In this document: one piece after another, positions 13,530 to 43,242 of the stretch
Position numbering within the stretch: the stretch's first letter is position 1
Layout of the letters: every line of letters starts with the position of its first letter
Origin: Antedon mediterranea
Taxonomy: Eukaryota > Animalia > Echinodermata
Assembly: GCF_964355755.1 (NCBI RefSeq)
Contig: NC_092677.1
Location: forward strand, 18,498,101 to 18,562,100
Reading direction: 5' to 3'
DNA length: 64,000 nucleotides
Translations under genes and position numbers: made by a program
The notes under the pieces: model-generated
What the model saw: the letters and a program-made list of their open reading frames with translations, nothing else
Databases searched by the model: none
Told to the model about the DNA's origin: nothing

Positions 13530-14110
13530 CTTTTTTAAAAATTAGAATATTTCTTTATATAAGTAAATTTGCATCAAGCTCATTCCATAGTTTAGGACCA
13601 GCAACACTTATAAATAATTGAATCTTCGTAAGTTTGGTAAATGGAACATGAAGTGTGCGTGGATTCTTTAAATTATATTTGAGATTTGGCTGATATTTGG
13701 TAAACAAAATATTATAAATTAATGAGGGCAGCAAACCATTAATATATTTAAACATAAAAGTGTAAAATTTGAATTTTGTGAAGATCAAATATTTAATGTT
13801 TTAAAAAAAGGTACAGAAGGTGAATCAAATGGTGCTAAAAAAAATGCGAACTATACGCTTTTGTAATTTCAATAAGGATACAATGTTACTTCGTTAGCCT
13901 GCTTCCTAAATTAATTTACAATATTGCAGATGGGGAAGTACTAATGAGTTATAAACATTAATTAAAATACGTTGGGTAAAAGAATATTTGAGCTTATTAA
14001 AGATACCTATACATTTTGATATTTTGCTAATAATACGTAATGATGATTTTCCATGATAAATGTTCGTTTAATACAACCACTAAAAATAAAGTTACACTTT
14101 TTCTTTCAAT
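13530..14110 (-). mobile_element. Degenerate LINE (CR1/L2 group) RT C-terminal fragment
   Basis: FMFKYINGLLP...GPKLWNEL motif and other frameshifted RT C-terminal remnants. Confidence 0.65.
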
Positions 14111-14487
14111 ATTGAAAGTTTAAATTTACAAAATTAAATTACAAAACTACCATCAAGTTTTCTACTATTGAGACATTCCAATAGATTTCTTAGAATTTTA
14201 TAACACATCAAATCCATTAGCAACGTATTTAAACTATAAAAAAAATATTATTTTTATCAAAGACAGTATAAATTGGTATCCTATAGTTCTAAAATTCCCA
14301 AATCAGGGAAGAATGACATTTTTAAACAACTCCATAATTCAAAACACCAAGATTGAACAGCTGAATGTTCTCTGACTCTAAAACATCAATTTTATTTTAA
14401 AATACGTTACATATTTATAAGAAATATATAGACTTTTGAACATAACTAATATAAAACCTGCCATAAAAATAGTATTAATTAAAATGA

Positions 14488-15876
14488 CTAGAGGTTGAGC
14501 TCGCTTCGCTCGCTCCCCCTCTTGGAAGTGTAGACGATGGTTCTCGGATTGATAATGACTCTGGTAAAAAGATTCTGGCTTGGACGTTTTCTGTCGGTTA
14601 CCATTATTGAAATGCTTGATATTCGTAAAACTAAACCTACTCTGTTTCACATTGTCTTAGATGATTAATAACATTTTAAACTATAGTGTTTATTGTTTGG
14701 TAGGGCCTTGGTAGGGCGGAAGTGGGAAGCGGAGTTCATTTGAGGGAGGTGCTTAATCGAAGGTTATGTTTAATTTTTAGTTTTAATAATATGGTAACTT
14801 TTATAATCAAATAAAATCTTCTAATAGATATGAAAAGTGGTAAAAAAGAATAACAAATGCTTGGTCAATTGTAGATAACAATCCGATGAATACTACAATA
14901 ATAATAATTTCCTGGATGTATATAGCGCCTTATGTTGTGAACCTCGTAGCACTGAACATTATAGCCCCGGTCATTTTTGCACGTATGGAAACATACTCCC
15001 ATAATGCAGCTATTAATCAGTTAATTCTTGATCTAACCGGGTACCCATTTATACACCTGGGTGGAGAGAGGCAAACGTAAGTAAATTATCTTGCCTAAGG
15101 ATACAAGCAATGCGGCAGAGTTGGATTCGAACCGTGATCTCACGATCAGTAGTCCAACACACTGCGCCACACACTCTTAAATAGTATAATAATTTGTGTT
15201 ATAAATATAATCAAAGATAATAAAACATCTTTTAAAAACTAACTTCTGTGATAGAGTGGGCCGTTTCGGTCTAAGAATGGCGTTTTAGACAGCTTGCAAC
15301 ATGGGCAGAAGTATCTCATGGTCTTAACGGGACAAAGATAGCCCACAGTTATTCCTGCCAGCTTATTCAATAACTCGGCTATCGGGGTTTCACTCGATTT
15401 TAAACAAAATGTCTTATCATCAGTTCTCCCAATGTAATTTGTTATACTATTCCCCACAATATACTCGGATGCTTTATGATGACTATTTAATTTCATCTTT
15501 ATTAATTTGCAGTATATTTTTTTTTGCTACTGCACATTCACACGGGCCGTCCGAAAATAAACAAAAAAGTAAAATGACTTTCACCACCAACGGTCAACTT
15601 AGTTGAAACCAGGAAGTTGCAAGGTGAACCCGTTGACTCACCGTGAACCCGGAAATTACTTCTACCACGCAGAGTTGAAAATCTACCGATGAAATCAGAA
15701 GTTTTATTTAAAACCTTTTATAATATCTTCCTAAGATAGAAATAGTGAAAATTAATCAAATCTACGTTTCGCGGTACATCTAAAATAGATAAGGTAGGTA
15801 TCCAAGGCGGAGATTTGTCCCAAAGTTTTTACATTGTGCTCGCCTATGTCAGAATTAACCATAAACTATATATAGA
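14488..15876 (-). mobile_element. Non-autonomous Helitron family 1, copy 2 (carries a SINE insertion)
   Basis: 5' TC and 3' CTAG, inserted between A and T; subterminal hairpin GAGCGAGCGAAGCGAGCTC. Confidence 0.85.
14900..15178 (-). mobile_element. tRNA-derived SINE with L2-like tail, nested in Helitron copy 2
   Basis: Minus strand: B box GGTTCGAATCC, CTTAGGCAAG, CTCTCCACCCAGGTGTATAAATGGGTACC core, tail AGGCGCTATATA...(TTA)n; absent from the other Helitron copies. Confidence 0.75.
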
Positions 15877-16097
15877 TGTAAACAAACAGAATAGAGTGCA
15901 AATGTTCTGTACGGTAAGGCATAGGAGATTTATCCTTGTTTAAGCTTATTGTTGGAACCTATTATTTTACTTTCTACAAAAAATACTCTTATCAAAAGCA
16001 AAGTCATACAAATTTAGTTTTCTAATGAAGCTTTGTTATATTTTCTCATAAGAAAAAGTGTTACAACTTAACCCGTAACTAAATTTAGCTGTTGGGT

Positions 16098-32026
<15,929 letters not shown>

Positions 32027-32991
32027 GTTTCTTCGTCTTAAATGCAAAACCAAATGCAAAGTATAATTTCTTTACACCAGAAATTTTAATTATAAAATCA
32101 ATATCGGTAAAATGTTTAATTTGTGTGAATTACGCCTACAAGAATGCCAATAATCTGTCAAAGTGATTGCTGGACGTAATAAATTTATTATTATTTAATG
32201 GCTCTATAGTTCTCATGCATCCCATGTCAATATCATCGTACTCGAGAATTTAACGCGAGGATCGTAAATCGTATCCTCGAGTACGATGATATTGACGAGT
32301 AATTTTCACATAATTATCGTGTCCCTATCATTAAACATATAAAATCCAGTAAATTCTCGAGTACGATGATATTAACTGTAATTTTCGTGTGGCAACACTC
32401 GCGTTTGGCGATAAAGAAACAAAAGTCATCTACTGCCACGTTTGAAGAAATTAATCAACTAAACTACTTAAACTATGCATACATAGCCCCCTCATTTGTT
32501 ATTCCCTCTCTAGACGCGATGAAAGACCATTTGTGATTAGTCAATACTAACGGTAGGAACCTGGTATGCGGCGCGCTGAAAATCCGGTGAAAATATTCCC
32601 TCGAACAAAATATCATTACCTCGGGGATGTCAAATCTTATATTTATACTCTAAGCAGGCAATATCTGCATAATAACAAATCTCAGCGGTTTAGAGTTTAT
32701 TCTGTGACTGTGATGTTTATATAAACAAAAGAGATCCCGCCTCGTGAATAAAAATACTGAAAATGAGGGCGTATCAATTTGATCTCTGGTGCGCGTGCGT
32801 ACAACCTGTGGAATTTACCGACCAACCGACCGACATAGTGAGCATAATTTTCCTACAAAATAACATAATAACATAAAAAAACTTGTTTGTGCTTAACTGT
32901 GCTTCTTCACATCGTCTTGCATTACTCTGTTATCATGTTTGCCATTAATTTTGTTTTACGGTTAATGGTGGTAGATACAAAATGCAGTATA

Positions 32992-33592
32992 AACAAGAAA
33001 TATTTCTTACAAAAAACGCTGCTCGCTTATTGACGTAACAGTTTTAAAGATATATTGTCCCTCTGAAAAATATTTTTTATTTCAAATTTGTTTTTGAATG
33101 TGTCATTTTATAGTGTCACATTATAGTTATTCTACCTGAAAAAATGTAATTAAAAACAAAAAATACTTCAATTGTCTGTCGGACAATGGTTTTTGAGTTA
33201 TAATTAAACGTTTCTTTTCTCTTTTTATAATGTGAATGTTGTTACAGAAGTGAATAACTTTGATATGAGACTCAATTTAGTTTATTTTATTGCTAAGGTC
33301 AAGTCTGGGGTCACTACATCACGCCTTAGATACTTCAAGTTTGAAGTATCATTATTACAAACAAAAACTTTCATGAACTGTTTTGATAATAATTCAATGA
33401 TTATCTGACAGCGAAATACAGTATTGTCATGGGACTCATAAATACCAGAAATTCAGCTGGTACCTAGAAATTATAGTCGAGTTTCCATTTTAGCAAAAAT
33501 GTCAAAGTGTAGTACTATAACTGCTGCTTGATTTCATCTAATAAATGTGTCATCTCGTGTGACGTAGCGGGCTAGAGCAGCAGCGTGAAAAA
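32992..33592. repeat. MITE-like interspersed repeat (longer relative of 2542-2741)
   Basis: Shares both ends, in inverted orientation, with the 2.5-kb copy. Confidence 0.6.
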
Positions 33593-34689
33593 GCAAACAA
33601 AACGTAAAGCCATCGAAGACTGACAAATAGAAGATCTAGAAAAGGAGAAAGCATGTAACATTGTGTGACAAATGCAAATTGTTTAATAAAACTGTTTAAA
33701 TAAACTGTTTACGTAACTACGATAATGCACAAAAGGATACACGCAAAACCCTTTAAATAAGTCCTAAATAGACCTTCACCTGGAACTAAGACTAATATAC
33801 ATCAAGCTGAAAATAGCATTTCTAGTCTTGTTAAAATGGTTCTGTATATCTTGCTTGGTATCGACACGATGGTGATTTCTCACCAAATCGTACGTTCTCC
33901 TAAATTGCATGAATTTTTTGATTATGATGGTGTCTCCTGAGTCGTATCTTCTTCTCTTTAAAAAATAGCTGTGCATAGTTTCAGTAATTTAGCTGTACGT
34001 TCCGAATGTGCTTTGAACAACTGTGCAGCTCTGCCTGTAGGTTATCCAGGCTATGGAATTTCCATTCATAAGGAACTTGATAGCTGATATAATTTTCACC
34101 AAGGTTTCAGAAACATTATACTCATTGTCACTATTTATTCTATTCCTCTCTGGTTCCAGTGAGGTTTGGTATTTGCTGAATAATGGCATCTTCCGGGCAC
34201 CCTACATTTTAAATGTTCAACTTTTCCTCTTATTATAGTCCTAAATGAATATTTTTTTGTTTGGCTTATGTAGTTTCGACCCACTTTTATTTCTTCATCA
34301 ATAAAATGTTCGTTTACAATGCATTGCACTTGATTAAATGTATTATTATACAATACAACTGACATTAAATAACTTTCAATACATCATATATCTCACTCCT
34401 ACCATTGTATTTTTATTATAATAGTAAGGAGAGAAGACAACAATTATTTTCCTCTATTTTATACACGTTTACATTACTGTTTGTGCACCAAGTAAGTAAA
34501 CTATGCCCAGTGTTCAATCCTTGACAATGTACGTATAATCTAGCACAGAATTCTTTTGTTTTATAACTCTTTTTATCTCTTTCAGGCAATCAAAAAATAG
34601 TTATATTTTACTTAACCTAAATATCAATTTTATAAACGTTATTTTTAATACCATGCTAAATGTTTACGGTTCATATCTGACCACATTCT

Positions 34690-35300
34690 ATTTGCCTTTT
34701 CTTTATTTATCAGCAACTCACTATTGATTCTAACTTCTAACTCAGCAGTAAACATGGACATTCTTTTACAAGACCAAGTCTATGACTGACTTTACTTTTA
34801 TAAATACAGAAAGTTAAAATGGAAAATATTTCATTAACTCTGACATCATATTTTCAGTACAATTTTCTCCCATATAATTTCCTGAGTAAATGCAAAACAT
34901 GTTTTCAGCATAGCGCAACATTTTACCCAGCAATTTTGTATTTCTTTGCATGTAAATAATATATGCTTTTCATTTTCAACCTCCTCATTACAATATTCAC
35001 AATAATTGCATTTGGAAAAATTCCATAATTTTAGCTTACACTTAGTTGGTAAAATTTTATATAGCAACTTAAAATTTAAAAAAGCTACCCTTTTTATGTG
35101 TTTTTTTGTTTTTCCAACATAGATTCCAGTCTCTAATTAAACAATTTTTAAGTTGGTTTTCCCATTTATTTTTTGTTTTTGTTATGCACACTTTATATGC
35201 TACATCGGTAAAAGTGGAATATAATTGTTTGACAGTTGTATAATTTGAAGTAACATTAACATTTTTCTCTATTGTATCAACAACCACTGAGAACAATATT
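34690..35300 (-). mobile_element. Degenerate L1/Tx1-type LINE C-terminal fragment
   Basis: ILPT..KL..W....C.YC...EN..HILF.C resembles the zf-RVT CCHC domain. Confidence 0.6.
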
Positions 35301-36124
35301 GCTGGAAGTTTTTTTTAATACTGGACCACTACTATTTTAAAACGGGATAGATGATAATGATGATCCTGTCAAGTGTATAACAAAATATAAGAAAATTAAT
35401 GAAAAAAAGAGTAATACAGAATTCATATATGTAAAAATGTTACTTATGAACTGTAACGACATTTACAAGTTAAATAATACGATTTTATGTAATATGAGAT
35501 AATATGAATGTGAATAAAAGTGGTGTTTGCGCCACAAAAGAGAAAAAAAAAATACTGGACCACTCAAATAGTGCTATCAATTGACCGAATTCATTATTTG
35601 GCGTGTACTTTCCAAAGAAGCTAGAGGTTGTAAATTACAAATATTATGGTCACAGGTAGAAACTGGTGTAGATCACAGTAACACTTGCCCTATTTAACCT
35701 ACATTCCCACTAACAAAACGAATAAAAAAAGACGTAGTATGGTTTTGTTTCCAAACAGCCATAATCTTTGAATCGTTTCCAAATAATTGCTCTGGAACCA
35801 TCCTATCTGTATTATTATTATACCATATTTTAATGATATTGTCCGTTAATACTCGCTGGACATATCTTTTTGTTTGTGCAGGCCGTAAAGGTATAAACAA
35901 ACAGTTTTACATCTGGTCTGTTTACAATATCAGAATTATCAAATTGCATTAGAGTATTTACATGTTACACCATGTTGCCCCTATAGCTATTGTTATGTTA
36001 TATGTAGTCTAGTTTTCCAATTAATTTTTTTTACCACTATGATTTTATAATTTTTCTAATAATAGGGTAACAATTCACCTAAAATAATAACAATATTTAA
36101 CTGCTGGATTTTATAATTATAATA

Positions 36125-39100
36125 TTATATCGTTTCATCTTGCTTTGTTGGAGCAGCTACGACATTAGTTATGAATGATCTTTTTGACTCTTGCCATTTT
36201 CTGAACCAAAAGTCGAGTGCTTCCAAAAATGTTAACAAACTTGCTCCAAAGAACAGTCCTAATGCGCCTCCAATATCACCTGTTAAAAACAAAGTACGTA
36301 TATAAAAATAGAATCCCCATTTTGTAAATATGATTTTATAAATCATAATATAACTGATCATCAACTTGAAATAATGTTTAAGAAGAGATTTAATATTGTA
36401 CACTTGTTTATTTTTTTGTCTTGTTTATTATTTATTATATACATTTTTTTCTATCATTCGTTCAAAACATTTCTATTTAAACAAGAAAGCCCCATTTATT
36501 ATTACATTAATACCAGGCCTATATTTTTAAGAAGTAAGTATAATAATATATTATAAGTATTTTATTTTTTCTTGCTCCTTTCTATGTTAATGTCATTTAC
36601 CATTATTGTTGTTATTTTATGTTGCGAAAGTAGAAAGCCTAAAAGATCATGTCTTACAAATCAATGAAAATACATCATAATCTTCTTGTTCCGTTATTGT
36701 TTCTAATTCCAACGTTTTGTAAAACACCTCAACCTTAACGAGATTTGATCTACGAAAATAAAAATAATTAATAATTTGTGAGGCAAGTTCTAATATTAAA
36801 GTCATCTGCTTATATCTTCGTACTATTTTAAATTCAACACCTTCAACTCCATACCCTTCTGGAATGAGTATTTGTTATTACACCAAAAATGCAATCTGGA
36901 GAAATAGCTAAACATGAATATACATACATATCATAAGGCGATGACGTAGAAAGAGACTTAACTACAAAAGCAACACTTTCTTCAACTATTGACAGTAACA
37001 GTATTATCTACAAACTTGTCATACCTCATGTAATCAACTGCTAAATCCGTTCCTTGTCGAAAAGTCAACACACGCTGCGCAGTAGTCAAGGTGAAGTTAC
37101 GAGTATCATTGTAAAATAGGCTAACAAATGTCGATGTTGTGAAATTAAGAAAGTCAGTAATATTATTTTGGTCGAACTGGACAGACTCGTCTAAAACGTT
37201 CCAATACAGAGGATCCGCACTACTTAATATAGTACCTTTAATAATAGCCGTCTCCACATTGCTGCTAATTGCTGATCCCCATTCCGTTGTCATGTTATCA
37301 ATGTGATACAATTCGTAGTATACTTCGTTACATAGAAACCGGACAATAGCTGCTATTGTATCCTTCGCAAATTCTGTCATATATTGTTTGTAACGTAGAA
37401 GGTCGGTATTTAGATAATACAATGCCTTCTGAACAGCCATATTAATAACAGTGCCATGATTATCCAAAAAAGTGTCAATTGATCTGAAAAACTCTTTCCT
37501 AAAATAGTACCCAAATATCAAATATCGTATTATTTTAGGTTTTATTCATAATACTCACTCTTTCATTAAATAACACTCTTCTCCCCCCATTATCTAAACT
37601 GTGAAAATGTGTGCAACACAATCACTCAATAACCTCTGACTCAGGAAAAATGTTTGAGAGGTTGTATCTTGATGGATGAAAAATGGAAAATAAGAGGGAA
37701 AGGTACTAGGCTTACAGTTGCAAGTAATAATACCAAAAAGCAAATAATTGTTGACTTAAATCATTTAAGTAAATTTGAAACTATGGTTGAATCTTCTCTT
37801 CTAATTAACTGCCAGTCTTTGTCTGAATTGTCTATGACACGAGAGGCTCATTAATAATTCACGACCAAAAACAAACGCTGAGGCCTATAAGTCGAATATA
37901 TAGTCAATTTTCAACTCACGAAAAATGCTCTTTTACTTACCATATCTCATCACCTAATCCACTGGCAGAGTATTCATAGTTTTCCATCGTCTCCAGCGTT
38001 AACGGAACTATTGCGGATGGAAAAACTGAATTCGATGATGAGTAACTGAATTCTTCTGTTGTGCACGGTTGTACACATGATGGACATAATCTAAATCTAG
38101 ACTCAGTAAAGTGCACTGCAAAAAAAAATTGTGCATCATAATATTACATTATTGCGAGACAAGGTTTAGTTTTTGTAAATGTATTTTTTGTATTCTAAAC
38201 AACGCGTTATGACGATTTTGGCTGTCGGAAAGTATCTTAATTTACACTCAGACTTTCTTGGCTTATATTGTGTTTAAGTATGTTTAAAAAATGTTTTTTT
38301 TAATACATAGCTACTAAAATGATCAATCATGTTGTTATGGCTTTTGAAGTCAGTAACATTCTTTTGGTAGAACTGGACAGACTCGTCTATGAAATAATAA
38401 TGGACAAAATGTATCTTTAATCAATATAAAAATGTAAATTTAAAAATAAATTCTTTGCGGTCAGTCGTTTCAATGATTGATGTCTGATGGTAGGATTAGA
38501 AATAGTGACATTTAGAGAGAAGTCTTTGTCTAAAAGTGTTCATAAATTATCTTGAATCACAACTTTACATTTAGCTGTAGTTATAGTTTATACAGATATA
38601 TTAACTCTCCAACATTTTTGGAATATTTGTAAAATTTACAATTCAACCCTAACCAAATGTACTGACCAAATTTCTTATTGTAACATCTTGTAAGTGAGTA
38701 TGGGCTACACAGAGGATAATTTTCTTTACCTGGTAAAACAAAAAACAGAACAACAAATTAACTGGCTAAACTAATACAAATGTAAACCACATTTCAGAAT
38801 ACCAACACTCTGGAAGAAGGCCAACGTGGTATACTACAAATTGCCAACTATCATAGGAATATTTAGTAATACAGCATCTCATTTGTATAACATGTGGTGC
38901 CTGTATCAGGTTAATAATTATGTTATGGTATATAATACTAGGGGATGCATGTGAAACGCATGTAATGTTGTATTACCAAATATTCATATGATACTGGAGA
39001 AACCTAGATAAAGCACCAAGAGTCGAGTGAAAGAGGCACAGCTTTTGTGGAAATAATTTGGTGATACGTAAACAAGTGTGGTGGTATAATAACAACGTCA

Positions 39101-42100
39101 ATGGTTTTATAAAATAGCCTTTTTCTTATAGCTGAAACTCACTCTTTGTTTAAAAAAAAAAATAAAACTTTTCTTTACCCGAAAAAAGGCATGGAAACTG
39201 CACTAAAATAAACTTACCATAAACGTAGAATGTCTTGCAACCACATCGTTTATACATTTCGTCAGCTTCGCAATCTAGAAAGCACTGTGTCCGAGAATAG
39301 TTCATGTCTGGATTGCAGTCATTTGATCGCTCAAGTATTTCTTTCTGTCAATGAATTGGGAAAAGGAAGTCAAACCCTACCTTCAAGTGTTATTTAAAAT
39401 GAAAGAGATATGTGTATATTTTAATCCTTCAATAAATAATAGTTACCTTGTGTTTCTTTACGGCTACGGTCGTGTGGATTCCAGGTGATAATTGGATTCC
39501 GGTTGCCGTGTGACTGTCAGGTAAAGCATTCTGTGCATGCAACACCATGTTAAACCCAATGCTCTCTCGTGGAGCTGCAACGTATTCAGATCCTTGAGCA
39601 TTTAATATTAAATTCAAACCATGATTGGCGCCTATACAGAAACAAACACAATCATTATGCTACTGCCATTACATTTTTTAAAGAAGAATTGACTACGGTC
39701 AGGGACCGAATTATGTTAGAAATTATACTTTGTTTATGAAATATTACCCAAGACGATGCAAATAATAGGCATAGGCCTACCACATAATGTTTTTTTTAAA
39801 GAAATCCGGCTTACAGTCACGCTTCATTATATCAACTAGAGGGTGAGCTCGCTTCGCTCGCTCCCCCTCTAGGAAGTGTAGACGATGGTTCTCGGAATGA
39901 TAAGGTTCTCCTTATACGTTTTCTGTCGGTTACCATTATTGAAAATGCTTGACATTCGTAAAACTAAACTACTTTGTTTCCCAGTGTTTTAGATGATTAA
40001 TAACATTTTGAAGTATAGTTTTTATTGTTTGGTAGGGCCCTTTGAGGAGGCGGAGGCCATTTGAGGGAGGTGCTTATTCGAGGAAAATATGTTACATTTT
40101 TTAGTTTTAATAATATGGTAACATTTATAATCAAATGAAATCCTCTAATAGATATGAAAACTGGTAAAAAAAAAAAACAAATGCTTGGTAAATTGTAGAT
40201 AACAGTGCGGTGAATTCTACTACAAATAGTATAATTGTGTTATTATAAATATGTGGATGGACGTTTATTAGATAGTTGGGTTGGGGGAGGGTTATTATTC
40301 AAAGTGATGTTTTATAGGAGAGGCGTTTATTCAAATGAATACCATCCTAATAATTATTAATACATTATTTAATTTAATCATCTTTTGAAACTAACTGCCG
40401 TGACAGAATGGGCCCAAGAAAGAAGACATTACGGCTTGCAACATGCGCAGACATCTTGGTCCTAACGGGACACAGGAAGATAGCCTACAGTTATTCCTGC
40501 AAGCTTACTCAATAAAACTCAGCTATCGGGATTTCACTCGAAAAATGTCTTATCATCAAATCTCCCTATGTAATTTTACAATACTATTCCCCACAATATA
40601 TTCTGATTCTTTTAATATTTAATTTGATCTTTATTAATTTGCAGTATAATTTCTATTATTTAACTACTGTACATTCACACACGCGCGGTATGTTTTAAAA
40701 TAAACAAAAAACTGAAATGGCTATGACTAATGGCCAACTTCCAGTCCTACTATCTTATTTTTTTTTTCGTCTTCCAAAGGGACACTGTATTGATTGATGG
40801 AAAGTGCCTGTTTCCAGTCACCTTTAGGGTCAAATCTATTATTTCAAATGCTCCCTTGTGTATAAAAGAGAGAAAATATTTAAGCCAGGTTGTTGCAAGG
40901 TGAACTTTTCTTAAACCCGGAAATTACTTTGACCGGGAAGAATTGAAATTGAGATGAAAATCTAATGTTGAAATCATAAATTGTGTTAAAAAACTCTTTA
41001 TAATATCTTCCTAAGATAGAAATATGGAACAATAGCGTCGCTGTGAACACTAATGTTATCAAATCTACGTTTCGCGGTACATCTCAGATAGATAAGGTAG
41101 GTATCCAAGGCGGAGATTTGTACCGAAGTTTTTGCATTGTGCTCGCCTATGTCAGAATTAACCATAATTTATATATAGATATATCACTTTTACCCAAATG
41201 CTACAAAATCGTATCCTGTGAAATTGTCAAAACGTCCTACTAAAAATACGTCCACCGGAAGTTTTCCATGAGTTTGGTGTTCGATTCATTTGACGTTTAG
41301 GTAAAGCTGTGTCTGGCCTAGCAAATTCGTGCACTGTGCGCATTAAGGATGTTAATTAATTCATTCTTATTGTTGTGGTTTGTTGAGATATTGGGAAGAT
41401 TGTGTTAATTTCTGAAGACACGAATTTACCGTAACCGAAACCAATTTGTAAAACTTATGCACGGGAAAAATCACTCCCTTGATTTTTGTCAATGATATCA
41501 CAAAAAGACAATTATTTTTGAAACACACATGAAGTAAACGCTGGTTTTAACGTTAACGTCATCACTTTACCTTGTGTCAAAACCTGTCAGGTTGTACCAG
41601 TAACTTAAGTCATCATACCCTATGTTTTTTGCACATATGTATTGTAATTTATACTTTAAAAATTAATTGTCTCCACCATTAACTATTTCTTCAGATTTAG
41701 TATTATGCTTTAAGTTGATGTGTATAGTCAAATTGTATTTTTCAGTATACTTTTAGAATGTTTGATGGATGTGTAGTGCAAATGGGCGGGTAAAGGAGGG
41801 GGTAATTTTGTAATTGTTACTATTTTATATTTATGATAATTAGTCTATGTCAACACACTGATTGATTGAAACCCTTTTTATTCTTTTACTCTCTAATCTT
41901 ATTTAATGACCATATTTAACAAACCATTTGCTTCCAATAAATAAAGTAATATTTTTTTTTCTATTCTATTTTTTTTTTTTTTTTGATTTGAAAGATTTCA
42001 ATATTTATTTTATTTGATGTAAAATCTGCAAATCGATCTATTCCCACTTCATCACAACCAATATGTATTTGATGTATGCTATTAATATTAGAAAAGGTGA

Positions 42101-43206
42101 TTTTTTTCAATTTTAATGTTTCCATACCCAAGTATCTCATATTAAAATGCTGTCACGTATAATAAACATTATTATTAATATATAAATTATAAGATAATCA
42201 AGTCTTTTGTTTGTTGGTGAAAGTTACAGTCAGCGATTTTCTTATAACTAACACAGTTGATTGAAAATCAATGTTTAATATACATTTCACTGAGTAGAGA
42301 GTATTTACAATACCTCAGTGTTTAGCCAACAGTACTGAAACAATATCCCTGGTTTGTGATAAGCAACTGCTGTAATTTTCGAAATACATATAATACACAC
42401 GTCACGTACTGTATACTCAAATCAAGGAATGTAATGAAAATAAAATTAAAGTAATAGGCCAAAAGTTACATTGAACAAAAATAACCAACCTCTGTCTTTG
42501 ATCCATCGGTCCGAATCTTCAACAACAAATTGAAAACAGAATCCATAACTTGTTAAAATTGGTCTGAAGTTGTTTGCATTGCACTCTCTATTCTTGAAAC
42601 GACACCTACAAAAATAATTTTGGGTCATAATTCATTCATTCATTGTTTTATTAGGAATACCACAAACATAATATATCTATAGGTAAATAGATAAATTAAA
42701 AAAAAATATTAGTTAATGTAAGAAAGCATTTCATTGTATATGCATTCTTGACACATTAAGTGACACATATGATTGAACGTCATTAAAAAAACAACATGCT
42801 TTCACTACGATTTTTATGCTGCTTCAACGGCAAATTCAAGACATCTTTATAGCGTGCTTTCAACGATCTCAAATTACACTTATTATATTTACACAATAAA
42901 ATTTAACAGTACATGCTGACACATTATTTATTTTAGTCGTATTCAGAAAGTTGGCTCTAAAACAAAAAAATAAATAATCAACAATATCTTTATTTTAATA
43001 TTTTTGTAGCATAGAGGACAAACTATCTGTGCTGTTTTTACAATTATTTTTACATATTCATAAACCATACACAATTAGAGCTGATTATAATGGCAAAAGG
43101 CAAAAAGGCAACTGCATATTTTAGCTGCTTTAAAAACTAATCTTTTTAACTCATTCTTCTTTTTGGAGGGTGGATGGGGGTTTCGTGTTATCTACTATTA
43201 AGCCAA

Positions 43207-43242
<36 letters not shown>

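Noticed and set aside
33776-34365. Cluster of short ORFs between genes B and C
   Set aside because: No recognisable domain or splice pattern; probably a decayed retroelement.
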